From positions 1-54,550 of the IMG/VR virus record IMGVR_UViG_3300023184_000028: a stretch of DNA of 54,550 nt; one strand, given 5' to 3'. The position numbers and the translations under genes were made by a program. Numbering within the stretch: position 1 is the first letter of the stretch; each line of letters begins with the position of its first letter. This DNA comes from a virus. Lineage: Duplodnaviria; Heunggongvirae; Uroviricota; Caudoviricetes. Below are positions 1 to 8,787 of the stretch, piece by piece. The notes beneath the pieces are model-generated. The model made no database searches. It was not told the DNA's origin and saw only the letters and a list, made by a program, of their open reading frames with translations.

Positions 1-83
1 TGTCAAACGCAATATGTAATTGGATGGCAAGAACTTTATAAAATAAATTTGGCAGTTTCAGAACTATTTTATACTTTTACATT

Positions 84-545
84 ATGAAACAATTACCATA
101 CATACAAACATCAACCGCCATCATTGGCTACACAGAATCTGTAATCGCTAAAAGTGAATGTAATGACTGCTTTGTAAGAGCCGTCGCATCCGCTTATGAA
201 ACCCCATATGATAACGCCCACGCTTGGGTTAAGGAAAAATTTAATAGAGTGAACAAGAAGGGAACTAGATGGGTCTCTTCTAAAATGGCAACTTTTTATG
301 TGAAGGGAGAAACCTTTAATGACAAGTCAATCAAAGTGATTGATAACATGAGAACAATTGATAAAATAACTCATAAGATGAAAAGAACTACTCTTAATCA
401 GTTCATCAAAAAGTATCCAACAGGGACTTATATATTGATTGTTAAGGGACACGCTTTCACCCTAAAGAATGGTGCGGTGATTGGCAATAAGGGTGACGCA
501 ACATCAATGAAAAAGATTGTTCACGATGCATTCCAAATAGTATAA
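84..545 (+). CDS. Hypothetical protein, possible papain-fold/C39-like Cys peptidase
   Basis: NDCFVRAVA near the N-terminus and KGHAFTLKNG near the C-terminus resemble a Cys...His dyad. Confidence 0.45.
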   Translation: MKQLPYIQTSTAIIGYTESVIAKSECNDCFVRAVASAYETPYDNAHAWVKEKFNRVNKKGTRWVSSKMATFYVKGETFNDKSIKVIDNMRTIDKITHKMKRTTLNQFIKKYPTGTYILIVKGHAFTLKNGAVIGNKGDATSMKKIVHDAFQIV

Positions 546-548
546 TTT

Positions 549-1091
549 ATGTTTGACAAATTAATAGAATTTATAATACAGTTTATGGAAGATTTTCTTC
601 CTTTTAAGATTGTGAATCAGTGGGAAAAAGGAGTTTATTTACGATTTGGTAAATATCAAAAAGTTGTTGAGCCTGGTTTAATCTTAAAAATACCTTTTGC
701 CGATAAAGTTTGGACTCATGAGGTAATTACTCAAACGGTTCATCTCCAACCACAAACATTAACCACTTTGGATGAGAAATCCATTGTATTGAAATCAATT
801 ATCCGGTATCACGTAAATGATGTTCAAAAGTTTTTATTGAATGTTATGCATGCGTCCGATGTTTTGGTAGATACAACCCAAGGTATTATTAGAGAAAAAG
901 TTGAGTATACCAATTGGGAAGATTTGGATGATGTTTGTGGTGATTTAGAGACGAATGTACAGGGTGTTGTTGATGATTGGGGTATTACCATTGAAAGAAT
1001 AACTTTAACCGATTTGGGGATTGTAAATACCTATCGTATCATGTCCGATACCAAACAAACAACAAATATATTACCAAATGAAAACTGCTGA
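549..1091 (+). CDS. SPFH/band 7 (stomatin/prohibitin-like) protein
   Basis: V..WEKGV.LRFGK...V.EPGL..KIPF.D, Q.LTT.D and WGITIERI.LTD motifs. Confidence 0.9.
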   Translation: MFDKLIEFIIQFMEDFLPFKIVNQWEKGVYLRFGKYQKVVEPGLILKIPFADKVWTHEVITQTVHLQPQTLTTLDEKSIVLKSIIRYHVNDVQKFLLNVMHASDVLVDTTQGIIREKVEYTNWEDLDDVCGDLETNVQGVVDDWGITIERITLTDLGIVNTYRIMSDTKQTTNILPNENC

Positions 1092-1305
1092 GGATTATAT
1101 AGTTAAATTCTTTAAGGTGTTTATCATCCCGCTGGTCATTACCAATGGGATGATTTACCTTATTGGTAGTTTTATTGCCATGGATTTTGATTATAATAAT
1201 TGGTGGGCATTTAACTCAACATTTGGAAGAGTTTTATTATCTTTGCTTGAATTAATGATATTAGTTAACATCCCCAAATGGTGGGAACAATACAACACAA
1301 AATGA
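1078..1305 (+). CDS. Small membrane protein with two hydrophobic segments
   Basis: ORF overlapping both neighbours in operon fashion; two TM-like stretches. Confidence 0.6.
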   Translation: MKTAEDYIVKFFKVFIIPLVITNGMIYLIGSFIAMDFDYNNWWAFNSTFGRVLLSLLELMILVNIPKWWEQYNTK

Positions 1306-1784
1306 ATATATTTTTATTAGATTGGGACGTTAAGAAATGTGCTGAGTATCATTGTGATAAACACGTTGTTAAAATGATTTTAGAGACCGCACAACTACTT
1401 TGTGGTGTTCACCATACAACCAACTCAACCAACCAAGTTCCTTACAAATTATCCCATAAAAATCATCCTTGCTCCATATGGGCGAGAGAGTCAATAACAA
1501 ATTATTTGTATTTGTGTGAGTTAGGTTTAGAATTATGTGAGGAATATACCTACAGGTACGGTAAAAGACATAAATCTCAGGATGTTATTGAGTGGTGTGT
1601 AACAAATAAAGCACAAATTTGTGACAAAGGACTTACAAAACCCGCACTTGCAATGCCTGACGAATATAAGGTTGGGGATGTGATACAATCGTATAGGAAC
1701 TATTATAATGGCGCCAAGTCAGATTTCGCAGTTTGGAAAAATAGAGAAGTTCCTGAATGGTTTTACAAAAAAGTCAATAATTAG
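1302..1784 (+). CDS. Pyrimidine-dimer DNA glycosylase / DenV-like family protein
   Basis: MNIFLLD...HCDKHVVKMILETAQLL, HKNHPCSIW, EYTYRYGKRH, AMPDEYK, YRNYY motifs; start moved to MNIF at 1302. Confidence 0.8.
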   Translation: MNIFLLDWDVKKCAEYHCDKHVVKMILETAQLLCGVHHTTNSTNQVPYKLSHKNHPCSIWARESITNYLYLCELGLELCEEYTYRYGKRHKSQDVIEWCVTNKAQICDKGLTKPALAMPDEYKVGDVIQSYRNYYNGAKSDFAVWKNREVPEWFYKKVNN

Positions 1785-1795
1785 TTGACTTTTTT
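1767..1795. terminator. Probable intrinsic terminator
   Basis: AAAAAAGTCAA-N7-TTGACTTTTTT inverted repeat at the gene end. Confidence 0.6.
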
Positions 1796-1836
1796 ATATA
1801 TGATTCATATTTATAATCACATAATTGTTTTAACCT

Positions 1837-2439
1837 ATGAGTAGTCAAGTAATTGTTGCGTTCATCACGGGCGTTTTAGGACCCGTTTTATTGTTAGTAA
1901 TCAAAAATCATTTAGATAAAAGAAAGGTAAAACCTGATATCGTTAAAGATGCATTACAAGTTAGCGAATTGGTTAATGCTAAAATTGATACCATTAGAGA
2001 TGAGTTTAAGGCGGATAGAGTATGGATAACCCAATTTCATAATGGTGGTAATTTTTATCCTACAGGTAAATCAATGGCAAAATTTACAATGATGTATGAA
2101 ACAGTAAACGGTAGTGTAATATCAATACAAAATAACTTCCAAAACATTCCTGTTAATCTATTTAGTAAATCAATAAATCAATTATTAGAAGGTGATACAA
2201 TAATCATACCCGATTTTAAGGATGAAACAATTGCCACTTACGGATTAAAATACATTGCAGATGAAAGCGGATGTAAATCAGGGTATCTGTTCTCAATCAA
2301 AACTATTGATGATAAATTTGTTGGTGTTTTAGGTGTTGATTACGTTAAGAGAAAGAATAAATTAACTCAGGAGGAAATTAATCACATATCAAACCATGCA
2401 TCATCAATTGGGGGATATTTAATCGGAAATTATAATTAA
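1837..2439 (+). CDS. Single-TM plus GAF-like domain protein; T4 gpT-type holin candidate
   Basis: N-terminal TM helix, then ADRVWITQFHNG...FVGVLGVDY GAF-like strands. Confidence 0.55.
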   Translation: MSSQVIVAFITGVLGPVLLLVIKNHLDKRKVKPDIVKDALQVSELVNAKIDTIRDEFKADRVWITQFHNGGNFYPTGKSMAKFTMMYETVNGSVISIQNNFQNIPVNLFSKSINQLLEGDTIIIPDFKDETIATYGLKYIADESGCKSGYLFSIKTIDDKFVGVLGVDYVKRKNKLTQEEINHISNHASSIGGYLIGNYN

Positions 2440-3239
2440 TTAAAGAATTTTTCAGGTTTCATATCAAGTTCTTTAACCCAAATTTTATTTCCCATATATC
2501 TTAAAGTCACTTCATCAGGTAATAGTGTTACACCACCATATTCATCGTTAGCGTAATTTTTAGAAATTTCTTCGGTATCTGAACTTTGGCCAACACTAAT
2601 TCTTTCAAAACTTAAAATTAAAGTTTTTCCCTTCTGAGTTGGATTTAGATTTATTGGTTCATTCCTCATAATTGTTTGGTCTAAATCTACCTTTAATTCT
2701 TTATCATATGACACACAATAATTTAAGTCATATGGGACTTCATTATAAAAAGTTAACGTACCGTTTCCATCACATTCATCACAATTATTACGACCATCAC
2801 CCCCACACCATTCACAATCTATATTTTCTTCACCATCGCAAGTTTGACAAGTATATTCTTCGTCATCAAGACCAGTTCCATCGCAATCATTGCAAGTAAT
2901 CTGTCCTGTTCCGTCACAGTCACTACAATCAACTCTTCCTTCACCACTACATTCATAACAATCTATATCGTTTTCAGTATCACCAAATTCAAATATGTTA
3001 AAATAAAATAAGTTATTTCTAATTTCATCAACAATATTGGGGTCATCATTACCCATAGAAATTTCATATGTAACAAAAACTAAAAGAGGAATGTTTTCAA
3101 CTGAGAACATTTGTCTAATAAAACTTAAATGTTCATTAGTCATCATTAATTTGTAAATACCTTCTGTTGATATTTGTCCACCACCTTTAACAAAGGGTTG
3201 AATACTTTTAGCCACTGAGTATGTGTGTTCTAAACTCAT
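2436..3239 (-). CDS. Protein with DnaJ-type cysteine-rich zinc-finger repeats, no J domain
   Basis: Six CxxCxGxG-type repeats (CYECSGEG, CSDCDGTG, CNDCDGTG, CQTCDGEE, CEWCGGDG, CDECDGNG); no HPD motif. Confidence 0.75.
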   Translation of the reverse strand: MSLEHTYSVAKSIQPFVKGGGQISTEGIYKLMMTNEHLSFIRQMFSVENIPLLVFVTYEISMGNDDPNIVDEIRNNLFYFNIFEFGDTENDIDCYECSGEGRVDCSDCDGTGQITCNDCDGTGLDDEEYTCQTCDGEENIDCEWCGGDGRNNCDECDGNGTLTFYNEVPYDLNYCVSYDKELKVDLDQTIMRNEPINLNPTQKGKTLILSFERISVGQSSDTEEISKNYANDEYGGVTLLPDEVTLRYMGNKIWVKELDMKPEKFFN

Positions 3240-3289
3240 AATTGTTATTTATATATAAATATTAATATTTTTGAGATATTTATTATATT

Positions 3290-3955
3290 ATGAAACAGAA
3301 ATTACAGGAAGAGATAAAAAGAAGTAAAAAGTTAATGAAACTTAATGAAGACATTCAGTTAGTTAGGTTAAGAGATACTAGTTATCCAAATGTAAAATAT
3401 GATAATGACGAAACTAAAAACGATGAAGTCAATATTACACTTTTAGATGATATACAAAAGGCGGCAAAATTTGCAGATATGGTTGTTACAATTACAACCG
3501 CAAAATCGGGTCATAATGAACTAACTACAACAGGAAATGTCAGTAGACATTCAAAACAAACTGCCGTTGATATTTCAATATTAAATGGTATAGGTTCTGG
3601 AGGAGCAACAAATTCAAGAAACGGTAATGAAGACTTTAGACAACTAGGAAATAAATTAAAAAATGAATTAGTTTCTTTAGGATACAATTGGAATACTGAA
3701 ATTGGAAACGATAAGGCGGTATTATGGCAAACAGAAACTGGAGGTAATCACTATAATCACCTTCACGTATCAAATAAAACCGATTCTTCAGAGGAAGAAG
3801 GAACAACATCAGGAAGTGAAGAAAATGAATTATTAGAAAAAATACTTAATAGTGAATTTATGGGTAAAAAAGTTAAAGAATGGTTAGAAAGTCTTGGGAA
3901 AAACTTTTTTGAAATATTAGCAAAAATAGCATCAGGTTTAAAAGGTATTAAATAA
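3290..3955 (+). CDS. Peptidase M15/LAS-type Zn peptidase-like protein (possible peptidoglycan hydrolase)
   Basis: SRHSKQTAVD (SxHxxxxAxD) and HYNHLHV (HxH) zinc motifs. Confidence 0.7.
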   Translation: MKQKLQEEIKRSKKLMKLNEDIQLVRLRDTSYPNVKYDNDETKNDEVNITLLDDIQKAAKFADMVVTITTAKSGHNELTTTGNVSRHSKQTAVDISILNGIGSGGATNSRNGNEDFRQLGNKLKNELVSLGYNWNTEIGNDKAVLWQTETGGNHYNHLHVSNKTDSSEEEGTTSGSEENELLEKILNSEFMGKKVKEWLESLGKNFFEILAKIASGLKGIK

Positions 3956-3960
3956 TAAAA

Positions 3961-3981
3961 AACCCCTCCAAAAGAGGGGTT
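3961..3981. terminator. Bidirectional terminator hairpin
   Basis: AACCCCTC-CAAAA-GAGGGGTT between convergent genes. Confidence 0.7.
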
Positions 3982-4005
3982 AACTTTTTAAAGTCAGTAT
4001 TTAAA

Positions 4006-4191
4006 TTACTTAACTTCTACAGCCTTAGTTGAATCACAACAAGGAGCCGCTTTTGTAGTATCCAAAATGCTTTTAGTTGTGTCTACAACTACTGTAGTAG
4101 AATCAGTAGTAGTTGATTCTGTTTCAGAAGATTTTGTTCCACAAGCCGCCAATGATGCTACAACGCTTAACGCAAGAATTACTTTTTTCAT
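4006..4191 (-). CDS. Small Ser/Thr-rich lipoprotein
   Basis: MKK + hydrophobic core + lipobox LAAC. Confidence 0.8.
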   Translation of the reverse strand: MKKVILALSVVASLAACGTKSSETESTTTDSTTVVVDTTKSILDTTKAAPCCDSTKAVEVK

Positions 4192-4273
4192 GTTTGTTTT
4201 TTTAATTGTTTAAGTTTTATTTATTGTTTCAGATTATAAATATAGTTTAATCTAACAAAAATGTCAAATGTTT

Positions 4274-4312
4274 AAAAAAATCCCATCAAATTTTGTGGAG
4301 ATGATGGGATTT
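4274..4312 (-). terminator. Terminator downstream of tmRNA
   Basis: 11-bp stem AAATCCCATCA/TGATGGGATTT with a T-run on the minus strand. Confidence 0.65.
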
Positions 4313-4317
4313 AGTCG

Positions 4318-4713
4318 TGGAGGTGTCGGCGTCGAAGCCGAGTCTTGTTCGCCATAAAAATAAATGACTACATGCTTATTTCAACATTGATTCTCAATGT
4401 TCCGAAATATCAGGTTTGATATATGTGAGAAACCCACCTGCAAACAACTTGGTCTCAGAGTTATTTTAAACGAGCTCTGACCTGTGACCCGTATAACGGA
4501 CTTCTGTTCCTAGGTTATATGTCCTAACCGACCCGAAGGTATCATAACAATTAAGCTACAGATACAGTCTCGTCTTGTCTAATAAGACCAGCAAGAGACA
4601 TTTTGTTCAAAACGTTGCCGTTTGGATTTTACCACCGTTAATTAAAGTCGTAGATGATATCCGACTGCATGCCATTTACCCCTATAAACGCCAATCAATT
4701 CCATGTCACCCCC
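4318..4713 (-). ncRNA. ssrA: tmRNA (transfer-messenger RNA), ~396 nt
   Basis: Minus strand starts GGGGGTGACATGGAATTGA and ends GAC-TCGGC-TTCGAC-GCCGA-CACCTCC-A; 7-bp acceptor stem with G3:U wobble and discriminator A; internal tag ORF at 4619-4551. Confidence 0.93.
4551..4619 (-). other. tmRNA tag reading frame GNVLNKMSLAGLIRQDETVSVA*
   Basis: CAAAC-GGC resume context, open for 22 codons to TAA, ends in Ala. Confidence 0.75.
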
Positions 4714-4733
4714 ATAATTTCAAATAACTTAAA

Positions 4734-4764
4734 CAAAGATAAGAATAAATATTTAGTTTCCAAA
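4734..4764 (-). promoter_or_regulatory. Bacteroidota housekeeping-sigma promoter for tmRNA
   Basis: TTTG (4764-4761) - 19 nt - TATCTTTG (4741-4734), an exact match to the -33/-7 consensus TTTG-N19-21-TAnnTTTG. Confidence 0.75.
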
Positions 4765-4795
4765 CAAAAATGGTATTTATATTAAAACACAGTTT

Positions 4796-5824
4796 ATGAG
4801 AATTATCCGAGAAGCGAAAGAAGATTGGTTGTATATGCAACTTCATATGTTTAATCAGGGAGCACTTAGTGCGGTTCATATTAAAGACGATATGATTTTT
4901 GACCTTAGGGACAATGGTATTATGGTATTAAAATTTGAGGATGATTCAGAATATTTTAAGTTATTTGGTTTTGATGAATATAAAGTCACTGATTTATCTA
5001 GAATTTTTTCATACTATGGTGGTATAGAATGGTTTGATAGTTATACCGCCGCTGATGATTGGGCAGAAGGTTATTTGTATAATTATTTTAATGACGAGAA
5101 TAAAGAAATGTTTGAGGAGATTAAACAATATCTATCACCTGAATTAGATTTGGGGGACAGTAATCAATTGACTCAGTTTTGTAAATTTATGGACGAAACA
5201 TTTCATAATAGAATTGATACGATTATTGGTGATTATACGGGTGAAATGGATAACGCCATTGAGAACACCATGAAGGAAGCGGTTAGACATGACTTATGTA
5301 ATATTTTTATGGGAGATGGGATTTATCAGGCAGGTGATAGTTGTTTTTACAAATATTACACGACTGTAGATACATTAATTAAAATATATGATAGGTTTGA
5401 TGATAAATCATCAGACATTTATGAAATACTAAAAAAATTAGGTAAAGATAAAGGAATTGAGGATAATACCTACAGTGATTATTATGAGTACAATTACCAA
5501 GATAAGTTTGACGACGCCAGTTTTAACAGAACCGTAACATGGAATTTAGAAAAAATTAAAGATGAGTTATTAGAGTCCGATAAATTTAAAGACATTGAGG
5601 AGTATAAAAAAATTAGAGATACGTTAACAAAATACAAATTTAAGTCCAACGTTTGGTATGATTTACCCAAAGATAAAAATATTATGTTTAAAATTCATGG
5701 TGTTAATCCAGAAACAAATGAGATTATTTTTGAATATAAGAAAAAAATGACTCAAGATTTCAAAAAAGGCAGTTTATCGTTGGAAAGGTTTAATTTGTTT
5801 TTATACCATCCAGAATTATTTTAA
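4796..5824 (+). CDS. Hypothetical acidic protein
   Basis: 342-aa ORF preceded by TATTTAT; no family recognised. Confidence 0.75.
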   Translation: MRIIREAKEDWLYMQLHMFNQGALSAVHIKDDMIFDLRDNGIMVLKFEDDSEYFKLFGFDEYKVTDLSRIFSYYGGIEWFDSYTAADDWAEGYLYNYFNDENKEMFEEIKQYLSPELDLGDSNQLTQFCKFMDETFHNRIDTIIGDYTGEMDNAIENTMKEAVRHDLCNIFMGDGIYQAGDSCFYKYYTTVDTLIKIYDRFDDKSSDIYEILKKLGKDKGIEDNTYSDYYEYNYQDKFDDASFNRTVTWNLEKIKDELLESDKFKDIEEYKKIRDTLTKYKFKSNVWYDLPKDKNIMFKIHGVNPETNEIIFEYKKKMTQDFKKGSLSLERFNLFLYHPELF

Positions 5825-5865
5825 TTTGTCAAATTAATTTCTTACCTTTATAAAAAATATATAAA

Positions 5866-6696
5866 ATGTCAAGAAATTTAGAGTTATTAAAAGAAATTTT
5901 ATCAGTTCCCACCGTTACATACGATGAAGAAAGAATGGTTCAGTATATTTCAGATTGGCTACATGAGAATAATATTGAACATTATGTTGACGAGTACCTT
6001 AATGTGTATGCTGTCAAACAAACCGGTAAATTACCTAAAGATTTTGTCTTCCCTTGTGTAATTGCTCACACGGACACCGTCCACAGAATAGATACAATTA
6101 ATGTTGTTGAGGAAATGAAACCTAACGCTCATGGTGAACTCAAATTATCCTTGAAAGCTTATAATGATGAAGGTAAACCCACAGGAATTGGTGGTGATGA
6201 CAAATGTGGTGTGTTTGCCTGTTTGGAATTGTTAAAAGAACTACCTAATCTTAAAGCTGCGTTTTTTGTTTCTGAGGAAACAGGATGTCATGGTTCAAGA
6301 TTGGCGGATTCCAACTTCTTCTCAAATGTGGGGTACGCAATTCAGTTTGACGCACCCGAGAATTGGATGATTACCGAAACATGTTTTGGTGCCAAGTTAT
6401 TTGACAGAGATAGTGAGTTCTTTCAGAAATGCGACATGGTGTTAAATGAAAGTATGAATGATAAACGCCAATATATGACACATCCTTATACTGATGTTTA
6501 TGCTCTAAAAACTAAATTTGATTTTTCTTGTATTAATTTCTCAATCGGATATTATGACTATCATACAAAGAACGAATACGTTGTTGTTGAGGATACTTTT
6601 AACGGTATTGAGATGGGTAAAAAGATGATTGAGTTGTTGGGATATAAGAAATACGCAAAAACGTTAGAACGGTCTGAAAACTTCAGATATTGGTAA
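5866..6696 (+). CDS. M20/M28/M42-clan metallopeptidase
   Basis: AHTDTV, GIGGDDKCG, SEETG and GYYDYHT metal-binding motifs. Confidence 0.85.
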   Translation: MSRNLELLKEILSVPTVTYDEERMVQYISDWLHENNIEHYVDEYLNVYAVKQTGKLPKDFVFPCVIAHTDTVHRIDTINVVEEMKPNAHGELKLSLKAYNDEGKPTGIGGDDKCGVFACLELLKELPNLKAAFFVSEETGCHGSRLADSNFFSNVGYAIQFDAPENWMITETCFGAKLFDRDSEFFQKCDMVLNESMNDKRQYMTHPYTDVYALKTKFDFSCINFSIGYYDYHTKNEYVVVEDTFNGIEMGKKMIELLGYKKYAKTLERSENFRYW

Positions 6697-6698
6697 TA

Positions 6699-6729
6699 AA
6701 AAAAAGGAAGTTTTTAACTTCCTTTTTTT
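6699..6729. terminator. Bidirectional terminator
   Basis: AAAAAAAGGAAGTT-TTT-AACTTCCTTTTTTT between convergent genes. Confidence 0.75.
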
Positions 6730-8735
6730 GTTTTAGACACTAGCAATGTTTCACCGTCATCTGTTTTCAAGGTATATTTCATGTCCTCTTTAATATTACC
6801 TTTTAGAACTTCTTCTGAGATAAAATCTTCAACTTTATCCTGAATTGCTCTCTTTAATGGTCTTGCTCCATACATTTCATCAAATCCTACTTTGGATATC
6901 ATTTTTTGGATTGAGTCATCAAATTTTATGAAGTATTTCATACCATCCAATCTTTTCTTTAATTTATCCAATTCAATATTGACAATTTTATCAACATCTT
7001 CTTGTTTCAGGGAATTAAAGACAACAATATCATCAATACGATTTAAGAATTCCGGAGCAAAAAACTTTTTAAGTTCTTTATGTAATGTTTCTTTTCTTAA
7101 CTCTTCATTTGCAAATACATTATTGGCATTTGTAAAACCAATACCCATTCCAAAATCTTGCATTTTTTTAACACCAAGATTTGAGGTCATAATAATAATA
7201 CAATTCTTAAAATTAATTTTACGCCCCAACCCATCTGTCATATGTCCGTCATCTAACATTTGAAGTAATGTTGAGAAGATATCTTTATTTGCCTTTTCAA
7301 TTTCATCAAATAAAATTACGGAGTATGGTTTATTTTTAACTTGTTCTGTCAATTGTCCACCTTCATCATAACCAACATACCCTGGAGGAGCGCCAACCAA
7401 ACGAGATGCCGTATGTTTTTCTTGGTATTCGGACATATCAACTCTGATAAGATTATCCTCACTTCCAAAAACTTCTTTTGCCAACTGTTTTGCCAAGTAG
7501 GTTTTACCAACACCTGTGGAACCTAAGAAGATAAATGAACCAATAGGTCTTCCTGGGTCTTTAATACCCAAACGATTTCTTTTAATTGATTTTGCAATAC
7601 GACTAACGGCGTTTTCTTGACCAATAACTTTTTCATTGAGGGCTTTATCTAAATTAATCAAAGCTTTCGCACCATCCAAACTCAATTTATTTACAGGTAT
7701 TTTAGTCATATTTGATACAACTTCATAAATCAAATCAAGAGGTACTTCTCTTTTTTTAGTGGTTACATCATTCTCAAATTTCTTTTTCTCATCGTCAAGT
7801 TTCATTAGAATTTTTCGTTCTTTATCTCTTAACTCTGCCGCTTCCTCGTATTTTTGTTTTTTAACAACATCAATTTTTTGTTGCTTGATTTCTTGAGCTT
7901 TACCTTTTAATTCTTCAATTATTTCGGGTAATTTCATATCCACTTGACATCTTGCACCAACTTCGTCTAAAATATCAATTGCTTTATCTGGGAATTCTCT
8001 ATCAGTGATATATCTGTCAGCCAAATTAACACATGCAAGTAAACATTCGTCAGTAAATGAAACTTTATGGAAATTCTCGTATTTGTCTCTGATGTTTCTA
8101 AGGATATCTAACGTTTCTTCTTTTGTTGAACCATCAACAATTACTTTTTGGAATCTTCTCTCCAAGGCACCGTCTTTCTCAAAGTTTTTACGGTATTCAT
8201 CAAGGGTTGTTGCACCGATACATTGTATTTCTCCACGAGCAAGAGCGGGCTTAAATATATTTGAAGCATCTAAGGAACCCGAAGAATTACCTGCACCTAC
8301 GATGGTGTGGATTTCATCAATGAATATAATAATTTCAGGATTTGCCTGAAGTTCTTCAATAATGACTTTCATTCTTTCTTCAAACTGTCCTCTATATTTT
8401 GTCCCAGCAACTACAGATGTCATATCCAAAGATAATACTCGTTTATCTGCGAGATTTCTAGGACAATCACCATCATATATCTTCATTGCCAAACCTTCAG
8501 CAATTGCGGTCTTACCACAACCAGGCTCACCAATAATAATGGGATTATTCTTTTTTCTACGGGATAGAATCTGAGCAATACGAAGTATTTCTTTTTCTCT
8601 ACCAATAACAGGGTCAAGTTTACCTTCTTCAGCTAACTTAATTAGGTCTCTACTGAAATTATCTAATGCGGGAGTTTTTGAGTCATACGACTTTCTTGAG
8701 TCCTTCTGATTCTCATTATCCATTGATTCTATCAT
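6714..8735 (-). CDS. clpC: ClpC-type AAA+ unfoldase lacking the N-terminal Clp repeat domain
   Basis: [15 protein letters not shown] and FIDEIH (D1); UVR-like [12 protein letters not shown]; GSTGVGKT and LFDEIEK (D2); IGF ClpP-docking loop; GARPL. Confidence 0.92.
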   Translation of the reverse strand: MIESMDNENQKDSRKSYDSKTPALDNFSRDLIKLAEEGKLDPVIGREKEILRIAQILSRRKKNNPIIIGEPGCGKTAIAEGLAMKIYDGDCPRNLADKRVLSLDMTSVVAGTKYRGQFEERMKVIIEELQANPEIIIFIDEIHTIVGAGNSSGSLDASNIFKPALARGEIQCIGATTLDEYRKNFEKDGALERRFQKVIVDGSTKEETLDILRNIRDKYENFHKVSFTDECLLACVNLADRYITDREFPDKAIDILDEVGARCQVDMKLPEIIEELKGKAQEIKQQKIDVVKKQKYEEAAELRDKERKILMKLDDEKKKFENDVTTKKREVPLDLIYEVVSNMTKIPVNKLSLDGAKALINLDKALNEKVIGQENAVSRIAKSIKRNRLGIKDPGRPIGSFIFLGSTGVGKTYLAKQLAKEVFGSEDNLIRVDMSEYQEKHTASRLVGAPPGYVGYDEGGQLTEQVKNKPYSVILFDEIEKANKDIFSTLLQMLDDGHMTDGLGRKINFKNCIIIMTSNLGVKKMQDFGMGIGFTNANNVFANEELRKETLHKELKKFFAPEFLNRIDDIVVFNSLKQEDVDKIVNIELDKLKKRLDGMKYFIKFDDSIQKMISKVGFDEMYGARPLKRAIQDKVEDFISEEVLKGNIKEDMKYTLKTDDGETLLVSKTKKGS

Positions 8736-8787
8736 AATTTTATAATTTACTTAAAATATACAAAAAACATTCTAAAAATACAACGTT

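Noticed and set aside
4318-4350. Stand-alone tRNA gene
   Set aside because: The T-arm/acceptor pairs with a 5' end ~390 nt away with a tag ORF in between, so it is tmRNA; no anticodon arm
6892-8574. Plus-strand ORFs inside clpC
   Set aside because: Antisense shadows of a well-supported gene; no motifs
6714-8735. ClpB disaggregase assignment
   Set aside because: The short UVR-type M-domain and IGF loop indicate a ClpP-partnering ClpC type
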